Source: a virus
Taxonomy: Duplodnaviria > Caudoviricetes
Length of the DNA: 46,541 bases
IMG/VR virus record: IMGVR_UViG_3300023100_000002
Coordinates: 1-46,541 of that record
Direction: 5' to 3' (one strand)
Part shown: in pieces, positions 1 to 6,082 of the stretch
Layout: each line of letters begins with the position of its first letter
Position numbering within the stretch: position 1 is the first letter of the stretch
The notes under the pieces: generated by a model
The model's database searches: none
What the model saw: only the letters and a program-made list of their open reading frames with translations
Told to the model about the DNA's origin: nothing
Program-made: the position numbers and the translations under genes

Positions 1-127
1 GGTGAAGGGCTATATGGATGGCATGGACTGGAACAGCTTTTATGAGCCAGCCTCGCTAGAGCATAAGCCGCCATCCTATAAGCATGGATTCCGTAATGGC
101 ATGGATGATCGAAAGGGACAGCCACGT
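1..127. repeat. Terminal direct repeat (127 bp), identical to 46415-46541; probable circular-assembly overlap
   Basis: Exact match of both ends; 127 is a common assembler k-mer; an ORF reads through the junction. Confidence 0.9.
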
Positions 128-174
128 GATACGGCTGATGTTCTTCGCCGCCGTGCTGAAATGATTATCGGGAG

Positions 175-372
175 TTGAAGGTGTCTAGCATTGAAGATGC
201 AGTAGTAGCCAAGATCAAAGATCGGGCTATCGATGGACTGATTAAGTATCAGCAGACGATGGAGCGGACAGACCTATCTACCTTGGACTGGCTGATCCAC
301 GCGCAAGAAGAGGCAATGGACTTGGCCGTATACCTTGAGAGATTGATCCAAGATGAGCGCGCCAAGGTTTAG
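175..372 (+). CDS. Small phage protein, possibly all-alpha NTP-pyrophosphatase (MazG-like) fold
   Basis: GLIKY...DWLIHAQEEAMDLAVY with EExxD-type acidic helix; start may be GTG 181. Confidence 0.5.
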   Translation: MKVSSIEDAVVAKIKDRAIDGLIKYQQTMERTDLSTLDWLIHAQEEAMDLAVYLERLIQDERAKV

Positions 373-553
373 CCAGTACACAGACGATGAACTAGAAATC
401 GTCATGCGTCTAAGTAGAGAGCTAGCCAAGTCAGTTTTCTATATACACCGAAAGGGTTATGACGTTAGCGAGGTCATGCAAGAGGCTAGAGACTTCGCGG
501 CTGAGGCTAGGATGATGGATAGAGAACTTCAACGACGAAAGAGGGGGAAGTGA
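353..553 (+). CDS. Hypothetical protein
   Basis: ORF tightly overlapping neighbours in + strand operon. Confidence 0.65.
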   Translation: MSAPRFSQYTDDELEIVMRLSRELAKSVFYIHRKGYDVSEVMQEARDFAAEARMMDRELQRRKRGK

Positions 554-771
554 TGAGTTGGGAGCCGATTGAGACAGCGCCTCTAGACGGTAGCGCAATT
601 CTGGCCTGCGTTGCTAGTCACTATGGAGATAATGGATTTCTGCCAGTATCCGTTCGCTGGCGGTGTTATCACCCTAACGCTAAGGGTAAAGAAGCGTTTC
701 GTGACCACACTGGTGCGAAATGCGATTACCTCACACACTGGATGCCGCTTCCGGCTCCGCCAACCAAGTAA
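550..771 (+). CDS. DUF551-like phage protein
   Basis: WEPIETAPLDG...THWMPLPAPP termini. Confidence 0.75.
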   Translation: MMSWEPIETAPLDGSAILACVASHYGDNGFLPVSVRWRCYHPNAKGKEAFRDHTGAKCDYLTHWMPLPAPPTK

Positions 772-773
772 GG

Positions 774-1289
774 ATGAATATGACCGATAGCAACTCTACC
801 GCCCTGCGCGGCGCTCTGGCTCGGGCGATCAAGAGCCACGTTGAGATGAAGGGATTGAACGGCGTACAGGCTGCGAAGGAATGCGGCATCGCCAATAGCC
901 GTATGAGTACGATCCTGCGCGGCCAGGTTGAGAAGATCAGCTCCGATGCGCTGGTGGATATTCTCGGCACGCTGGGCTACCGGCTGGATAGCGTGATTGG
1001 CGCGACTGAGGGGCATGAGTTCACGCTGACGCTGGATGAGGGCTTGGGTCTGCCTAAGGATATTGAGCCGCCCGTTTCTGCCTATAAAATTGAGGTAGGT
1101 CGCGATGATGCTGGCGCTATGGTTGTAGAAGGGCTCTCCGTAAATAACAATAATGCTCAGGGTGAGCCGTTTGGGGTGTTGGTCGGAACCGTAAAAGATG
1201 GAAAGGTGGTTTCCGAAAAGATTGTTATGTCAGATGAACTTGAAGAATCCGACCCCGACGCCGACCGAGTGGTGAGCGACGATGAGTGA
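774..1289 (+). CDS. XRE-family helix-turn-helix protein with acidic C-terminal extension
   Basis: GLNGVQAAKECGIANSRMSTILRGQVEKISSDALVDIL is an XRE HTH pattern; ATG 774 follows the upstream stop. Confidence 0.75.
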   Translation: MNMTDSNSTALRGALARAIKSHVEMKGLNGVQAAKECGIANSRMSTILRGQVEKISSDALVDILGTLGYRLDSVIGATEGHEFTLTLDEGLGLPKDIEPPVSAYKIEVGRDDAGAMVVEGLSVNNNNAQGEPFGVLVGTVKDGKVVSEKIVMSDELEESDPDADRVVSDDE

Positions 1290-1818
1290 CGTATACACTC
1301 TTACGCCGGGTGTCATGGGCGGGGCGGGGTTGCCATTTAAGATGGCCGCTGCTGATTTCAAGCTTGCCAATGAAATCAGCAGCTTAGGCCAGCCAGAGCT
1401 AATTAACATCAAGCGCCTCCACCCGTCCGCAGTAATTCCGACCTACGCCACCGATGGCTCAGGCTGCTTCGACATTACGGCACTTGAGATGGTGCAGCAG
1501 GAGGGTAATACGGCGTTCTACACCACTGGCCTAGCGTTTGAGGTTCCGCCAGGCAAGGTGCTGATGCTTTACAGCCGTAGCGGGCATGGGTTCAATCGGG
1601 GCATCCGGCTTGCTAATTGTGTGGGGGTGATCGATTCAGATTACCGTGGAGAAGTCGCCGTAAAGCTGACTCGGGACAATGAGGGCATTTGGTTCCCTGC
1701 GGCTGGTGAGCGGATTGCTCAGGGGCTTATTCAGGATGCCCAGCAGGTCAGGTTCGTTGAGGTCCAAGAGCTTAGTGAAACGGCGCGCGGAACTGGTGGC
1801 TTTGGATCGACTGGCTGA
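1282..1818 (+). CDS. dut: Trimeric dUTPase
   Basis: Motifs GCFD, RSG, GVIDSDYRGE, RIAQ, RGTGGFGSTG. Confidence 0.97.
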   Translation: MSDVYTLTPGVMGGAGLPFKMAAADFKLANEISSLGQPELINIKRLHPSAVIPTYATDGSGCFDITALEMVQQEGNTAFYTTGLAFEVPPGKVLMLYSRSGHGFNRGIRLANCVGVIDSDYRGEVAVKLTRDNEGIWFPAAGERIAQGLIQDAQQVRFVEVQELSETARGTGGFGSTG

Positions 1819-1884
1819 TCGTTCCACCACTGCACCACTGAATCCTACGCACGATGTTGCATAGGATTCTAGTAAGAGTAAGAT
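1817..1884 (+). promoter_or_regulatory. Putative promoter of the RNA island (repeated promoter module)
   Basis: GATCGTTCCA box at 1817, TTGCAT 1857-1862, 16-bp spacer, TAAGAT 1879-1884. Confidence 0.55.
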
Positions 1885-1893
1885 TCGATTCAA

Positions 1894-2097
1894 GGGATTT
1901 AGCTGAGCCGAGCAGCCCGCACAGGCGGATACCTCGGAAGTCGAGCAGCCGCAGGTCTTGGCTTGACGAAACAACGGCGGCACCTAGAGCGTCGTGTAGC
2001 CTTCGGGCGTCTCCGCAGCGTGATCTAGGCGAGTAACTAGCGTAACTAGGAGTAGAGGGGCTAAATTGGGGATGGTATAGCGCCCACTCGGCCTAGA
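1894..2097 (+). ncRNA. Putative structured ncRNA (multi-stem, UUCG tetraloop, possible pseudoknot)
   Basis: Several nested helices directly downstream of a promoter; no credible ORF. Confidence 0.5.
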
Positions 2098-2128
2098 CTT
2101 GGATTGTGAGATAAGTAGCATGTAGGAA

Positions 2129-2167
2129 CCCGCCAGTGGCTCTAGAGGGCTTAGGGCTGCTGGCGGG
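2129..2167 (+). other. 16-bp hairpin (with G-U pairs), possible processing signal
   Basis: CCCGCCAGTGGCTCTA / TAGGGCTGCTGGCGGG; no U-tract. Confidence 0.55.
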
Positions 2168-2184
2168 GGAAGTGAGTTATCGCA

Positions 2185-2260
2185 TGACCATGTAGTAGCT
2201 CAATAGGTAGAGCGACGTTTACGTCAGGTTTGAGGTTCAAGTCCTCACTCATGGTCAGCC
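2185..2260 (+). ncRNA. tRNA-like RNA with intact D and T arms but truncated anticodon arm
   Basis: TA-GCTC-AATAGGTA-GAGC D arm; TGAGG-TTCAAGT-CCTCA T arm; anticodon arm only GACGTTTACGTC; no CCA. Confidence 0.65.
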
Positions 2261-2275
2261 GATAGTTCATTTAAA

Positions 2276-2399
2276 GTGTTGCTTGTAGTGGAGAATGCCA
2301 AGTGGTGATTGGCAGGGAGGACCAGTCGGGTAAGCCGTAGCGCTGCGGGGTTAACGCGACAAGCCAGAGAATCACCACTGGCCTCCACTACAAACAGCA
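2276..2399 (+). ncRNA. Putative rod-shaped ncRNA with branched apex
   Basis: 2283-2293/2383-2393, 2297-2300/2379-2382 and 2302-2310/2370-2378 pair perfectly. Confidence 0.6.
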
Positions 2400-2420
2400 T
2401 TTCTAGTAAAATAGATTTAA

Positions 2421-2507
2421 GGGATCATGGCAGAGTGGCCGAATGCAGCCGGTTGCTAACCGGTAAGCCGCAATGGCTCAGAGGTTCAAATCCTCTTGAT
2501 CCCGCCA
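2421..2507 (+). tRNA. tRNA-Ser(GCT)
   Basis: GGGATCA/TGATCCC acceptor, GCCGG-TTGCTAA-CCGGT anticodon arm, long variable arm, G73, CCA. Confidence 0.93.
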
Positions 2508-2512
2508 GTTTT

Positions 2513-2599
2513 GGGTTGTTCCGCTGTGTTGGACGGCGAGCGGTCTTGAAAACCGTGGGAACCGAAAGGTTCGGGGTTCGACTCCTCAGCAACCCGCAA
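2513..2599 (+). tRNA. tRNA-Ser(TGA)
   Basis: GGGTTGT/GCAACCC acceptor, GCGGT-CTTGAAA-ACCGT, long variable arm, TTCGACT loop; ends G-CAA rather than CCA. Confidence 0.85.
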
Positions 2600-2629
2600 T
2601 TTATTCTATAGACGACTAAGGAGTCAGTC

Positions 2630-2998
2630 ATGGATAAAAAAGCATTAAAGCTTGGTATGAATTACAGCACTGCAGCAAATAGGCTGAGGTCTGATCTCCT
2701 CTATCATTTTGCAATAAAGTTTGGTCACAAATGCCATAGGTGTAGCAAGGATCTGACAAGGGAAACTTTTTCAGTCGAACATATTGACCCATGGCTGAAT
2801 TCAGATGATCCGGTTAAGAACTTCTTTGATATAAGTAATATAGCTTTTAGCCATCAATCTTGTAACTACAGCCATGGCGGAAAGGGTGCTGTTAGGAGAT
2901 TTTCAAAAGAGCAAATGGTTGAAAGGAAGAGGACAAAGAAAAGGGAATCGTACTGCCCTATAAAAAGGGCACAGAAATACGAGAGACTTGGCACTTAG
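2630..2998 (+). CDS. HNH endonuclease (putative free-standing homing endonuclease)
   Basis: CHRC...SVEHIDP...NIAFSHQSCN; visibly AT-richer than its flanks; lies inside the tRNA cluster. Confidence 0.85.
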   Translation: MDKKALKLGMNYSTAANRLRSDLLYHFAIKFGHKCHRCSKDLTRETFSVEHIDPWLNSDDPVKNFFDISNIAFSHQSCNYSHGGKGAVRRFSKEQMVERKRTKKRESYCPIKRAQKYERLGT

Positions 2999-3018
2999 CG
3001 ATCCTCAACAACCCGCCA
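2999..3018 (+). repeat. Second copy of the tRNA-Ser(TGA) 3' end, with CCA
   Basis: CGATCCTCAACAACCCGCCA vs CGACTCCTCAGCAACCCGCAA at 2579-2599. Confidence 0.8.
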
Positions 3019-3022
3019 TATT

Positions 3023-3098
3023 GGGACTGTAGCTTAAAGGTCAAAGCAACCGACTCATAATCGGTTGAGTCTAGGTTCAAGTCCTAGCGGTCCCACCA
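3023..3098 (+). tRNA. tRNA with CAT anticodon (Ile2-like, or elongator Met)
   Basis: GGGACTG/CGGTCCC, ACCGA-CTCATAA-TCGGT, CTAGG-TTCAAGT-CCTAG, ACCA; lacks initiator features. Confidence 0.92.
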
Positions 3099-3100
3099 TT

Positions 3101-3197
3101 TCATGGTAAGTGTCGCGGGCAGCAACCACACGCGGAGGTAGACCAGATGTAGCTGGTGAACTAAGTTCTAAGGCATATCGAAAAGCTGTCACCATGA
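3101..3197 (+). ncRNA. Putative structured ncRNA between two tRNAs
   Basis: Closed by TCATGGT/ACCATGA; three internal hairpins. Confidence 0.5.
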
Positions 3198-3203
3198 TTC
3201 ATT

Positions 3204-3277
3204 ACGAGCTTGCCCGATTGGTTAGGGACCAGCCTTCCAAGCTGAGGAAATCGGTTCGATTCCGATAGTTCGCTCCA
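3204..3277 (+). tRNA. tRNA-Gly(TCC), atypical A1xC72
   Basis: CAGC-CTTCCAA-GCTG, ATCGG-TTCGATT-CCGAT, U73, CCA. Confidence 0.85.
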
Positions 3278-3306
3278 GTTTCAACCACGGAAGAGAAGAG
3301 GGAAGT

Positions 3307-3633
3307 ATGGGTAAGTTGGCAGAAGCGCTTGGGAAGTTCTTAATCTCACTGTCGTTTGCAATTGTTCTTGGCATCTACAATGCGTGGCTGTTCAAAGATT
3401 TGTGGAATTGGTTTGTAGTTCCGACTTTTGATGTTGGGCAAATCGGAACGGCGATGGCCTATGGACTGCTTATGGCTTTCGCATGGCCACTTACTCACCT
3501 GCTGTTCTTCACGAATCAGGTTTACGATAAGCAGGAGGGTGCCGTAGGTGTGTACGGTCGAGGGTTTGTGCTTAGCTTCGCGCATACCTTCATTTGGGTT
3601 ATCGCATACGTTGTCGCTCACAACTTCATCTAA
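3307..3633 (+). CDS. Membrane protein (about 3 TM segments)
   Basis: Hydrophobic segments; GAGG RBS. Confidence 0.8.
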   Translation: MGKLAEALGKFLISLSFAIVLGIYNAWLFKDLWNWFVVPTFDVGQIGTAMAYGLLMAFAWPLTHLLFFTNQVYDKQEGAVGVYGRGFVLSFAHTFIWVIAYVVAHNFI

Positions 3634-3638
3634 GGCTA

Positions 3639-3666
3639 TTGCCAGCCGCGCATGAGTCGCTATAAT
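3639..3666 (+). promoter_or_regulatory. Sigma70-like promoter
   Basis: TTGCCA-16bp-TATAAT. Confidence 0.7.
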
Positions 3667-3672
3667 GAACTC

Positions 3673-3782
3673 GCACGGCTGCTCAAGCGCCTGCCCACGG
3701 TCCCTCCCCGTGGTTAAGTCCGGCCTCATCCACCGGCACGCGCCCTAGGCTATCGTCCTCCCCGATAGTGCTAGGGTTTTTT
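3673..3782 (+). ncRNA. Putative small regulatory RNA with three CCUC(C)-loop hairpins
   Basis: Bounded by promoter and intrinsic terminator; loops TCCCTCC, CCTCATCCA, TCCTCCC. Confidence 0.65.
3743..3782 (+). terminator. Intrinsic terminator
   Basis: CCCTAGGCTATCG/CGATAGT-G-CTAGGG stem followed by T6. Confidence 0.85.
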
Positions 3783-3793
3783 ATGGGCGAAAT

Positions 3794-3862
3794 CCATCGT
3801 TCTATTCATGGCGAAGATAGTTCTATCCATGATGTTGATCGGATCGTGTAAGTTGGTACTCT
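3794..3862 (+). promoter_or_regulatory. Repeated promoter module copy
   Basis: CATCGTTCTA, GATAGTTCTA, GATGTTGATC, TACTCT 3857-3862. Confidence 0.55.
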
Positions 3863-3993
3863 TTAGTAACTGGGGCGACAGCAGCGACCGGGACACAACT
3901 AAGGCGGCAACAGAATGTCTTAGCCGAGAACTCCGACTAGCGGTCCCATCTACTTTCAGACACACAACGGCCACGGGCCAATAGGGAGATGAG

Positions 3994-4194
3994 ATGATGA
4001 TGTTTAGCGCAAGCGTATTGGCGTATTTTAGCCCTCAGCATTTCCGTGGGATGCGTGTTGGTCAGGCGTATCACAATTTCCTAAGCCTTGATAAGGTAAA
4101 GGGCGTTGAAAAGGAATGGTGCGATAAGTTTTATGAGGCGGATGGTGAAATTGCTTATGCCATGCTTCGTGAGCGAACGGATTTCACGCAATGA
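3994..4194 (+). CDS. Hypothetical protein
   Basis: GGAG RBS; MRVGQA motif seen in small phage proteins. Confidence 0.7.
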   Translation: MMMFSASVLAYFSPQHFRGMRVGQAYHNFLSLDKVKGVEKEWCDKFYEADGEIAYAMLRERTDFTQ

Positions 4195-4337
4195 CTGACC
4201 AAGAGCGCGCAATGCAGCGGGCGAAGAATCCAGGCAAGTCATCTTGGCGAGCATGGCACGGAACGTCGGAGCAGGTTAAGCGGGATAAGGAGAAGGCGGA
4301 GCGAGTCGCGCCGCTACATTCGAGGGTTATCCGATGA
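4191..4337 (+). CDS. Hypothetical 48-aa protein (not in ORF track)
   Basis: ATGA overlaps at both ends. Confidence 0.6.
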   Translation: MTDQERAMQRAKNPGKSSWRAWHGTSEQVKRDKEKAERVAPLHSRVIR

Positions 4338-4528
4338 AGAAAGAAGTATTTGAGAAGATGCTAGAAGAATATCTGTCTAGCTGCACTCTTACGGTCGAGC
4401 ATGATAATGGCGAGGGCTATTACGGCACGGCTCAAATCGTAGTCGGCCTAGAGTCTCCTGATGGGAAGCATCTTTTGGGTGGCGTTGGCTACACCAGCAC
4501 CTTTGAAAAAGCTAAGAATGAGTGGTAA
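4334..4528 (+). CDS. Hypothetical protein
   Basis: GAGG RBS, ATGA coupling. Confidence 0.7.
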   Translation: MKKEVFEKMLEEYLSSCTLTVEHDNGEGYYGTAQIVVGLESPDGKHLLGGVGYTSTFEKAKNEW

Positions 4529-4532
4529 CTAG

Positions 4533-4661
4533 ATGAAAGCATGGTTCGCAGAATGGATATCCAAGCCGCGCCATTGGGTGTTCTGGCTGCTGGCGGCTAA
4601 CTTCACGGCATGGCTTGTGCTTGGAGTCGGCGCTATTGGGTTGTGGGCTGTATTTAAATAA
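4533..4661 (+). CDS. Small membrane protein (42 aa, not in track)
   Basis: MKAWFAEW...LVLGVGAIGLWAVFK fills the gap. Confidence 0.55.
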   Translation: MKAWFAEWISKPRHWVFWLLAANFTAWLVLGVGAIGLWAVFK

Positions 4662-4672
4662 GGAGAGGCGGG

Positions 4673-4912
4673 ATGAAGGTGAGAGAACTGATTGAGTGGC
4701 TGCAAGCATTTGAGGACCAGGAAGCTACTGTTAGGGTTCTGCATTGTGAATCAGGCAGCGGCTACTATCAGCAAGGCGGCGTGACACATGCCGTAGAGTT
4801 CAGTCCAGAAGATCATGTGGATTACTCTGATTTCAGAGGTAATAAGTTCGTTGAAGAGTCTTCTCATTGGTATAACTCACGCACACTTTTGCTGGGTTTG
4901 AATGAAGGCTAA
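4673..4912 (+). CDS. Hypothetical protein
   Basis: AGGAGAGG RBS; MKVRELIEWLQ start. Confidence 0.75.
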   Translation: MKVRELIEWLQAFEDQEATVRVLHCESGSGYYQQGGVTHAVEFSPEDHVDYSDFRGNKFVEESSHWYNSRTLLLGLNEG

Positions 4913-4913
4913 T

Positions 4914-4942
4914 TTGCATCAGGCAAGGCGCAGGGGTATCCT
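4914..4942 (+). promoter_or_regulatory. Putative promoter for the lysis cassette
   Basis: TTGCAT-17bp-TATCCT. Confidence 0.45.
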
Positions 4943-4968
4943 TTCGGAAACCTGCGCCTTGTGTATAT

Positions 4969-5655
4969 ATGATCACTGCTGAATCCATCGTCCGAATCGC
5001 CCCAGCCGCTCAGCCGTATGCCCAAGAACTCGTCCGGCAGATGAAAGCTGCTGGGATCATGAATAACGTTCGGCGAGCATCTATGTTTTTGGGGCAGGTT
5101 CATGTGGAGTCTGCGGGCTTCAAGGCTGTTCAAGAAAACTTGAACTACTCTGCGGATGGAATGGCTAATACATGGCCGGGCCGGTACGGCGAGAAGGATT
5201 CGGCTGGTAAGTATGTAAAGGTCAATCTCGGCACCGCCTCAAATCCGCGCTGGCGAATTAAGCCTAATGCCTTGGCAAATAAGCTTCAGCGCAACCCACG
5301 AGCCATCGCTAACAATGTCTACGCCAACCGCATGGGTAATGGGAATGAGGCATCTGGCGATGGCTGGAAGCATCGCGGCCAAGGTCTGAAGATGCTTACC
5401 GGCAAGGAAAATCAAGGCAAGTTCAGCAAGGCATGGAAAGGCGATGATTCTGTCGTGAAGAATCCTGACCTGCTGGCCACTCCGGCTGGGGCTGTGGCCT
5501 CGGCAATTTGGTATTGGGTTGCCAATGGACTGAATGAAATCGCTGACCGTGGCTCTGTAGACAGAGTTACGGAGTTGGTAAATGGGGGGCAAATCGGTCT
5601 AGCGGATCGGAAGTCATGGACTCAGAAGTACGCGGCAGCTTGGACTATCCGATAA
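4969..5655 (+). CDS. Endolysin, glycoside hydrolase family 19
   Basis: FLGQVHVES, ENLNYS, YANRMGNG...GDGWKHRGQG, VNGG...GLADR. Confidence 0.93.
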   Translation: MITAESIVRIAPAAQPYAQELVRQMKAAGIMNNVRRASMFLGQVHVESAGFKAVQENLNYSADGMANTWPGRYGEKDSAGKYVKVNLGTASNPRWRIKPNALANKLQRNPRAIANNVYANRMGNGNEASGDGWKHRGQGLKMLTGKENQGKFSKAWKGDDSVVKNPDLLATPAGAVASAIWYWVANGLNEIADRGSVDRVTELVNGGQIGLADRKSWTQKYAAAWTIR

Positions 5656-5680
5656 TGGGGCAAACCATGGAGGGGCTATC

Positions 5681-6082
5681 TTGAATGCAACGACCTACAT
5701 AGCCGCCTTCCTGGCCGCTGCAACCGGCTCTGAGATTGCTCGGCAGATTCAGCAGGCATCTCCATGGTGGCACCTGACGTTGGGAACATCGTTCAACACC
5801 CTTTTTTTCATTGGGCTAGGTTGCTTCATGGTGGTTCTGAAGAATAAGAAGAAAGATCACGCCGACCTTCTATACCTTTTCCTATACTCCTTTGGTCTAA
5901 CCTCTTTGGTTATTGTTGGGATTCCGGAATACTTTGGATACAAGTGGCCTAGCAATGGACTTCAAGCGTGCGCGGGATGGGTGCTTGGCATGACCTCTCA
6001 GAATTGGGGTGGATACTTGCTTGAATGGGGCAAAGAAAAGTTCCAGAAGGCACTAGGAAAAGGAAGCGCTACCGATGAGTAA
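5681..6082 (+). CDS. Membrane protein, holin candidate
   Basis: About 3 TM segments and basic C-tail, right after the endolysin. Confidence 0.6.
   Translation: MNATTYIAAFLAAATGSEIARQIQQASPWWHLTLGTSFNTLFFIGLGCFMVVLKNKKKDHADLLYLFLYSFGLTSLVIVGIPEYFGYKWPSNGLQACAGWVLGMTSQNWGGYLLEWGKEKFQKALGKGSATDE

Noticed and set aside
1900-1975. Hammerhead ribozyme (CTGA...stem...GAAAC)
   Set aside because: No CUGANGA directly before the stem that precedes GAAA
2050-2085. Group I intron core (GGCTA ... ATGGTATAGC resembling P7)
   Set aside because: No room for P3/P8 between the strands, and the P7 pairing is imperfect
1817-3300. CRISPR/TIGR-like array or OMEGA (IscB/TnpB) system around the HNH gene
   Set aside because: No regularly spaced repeats; the 122-aa HNH has no RuvC, bridge-helix or Nop domain
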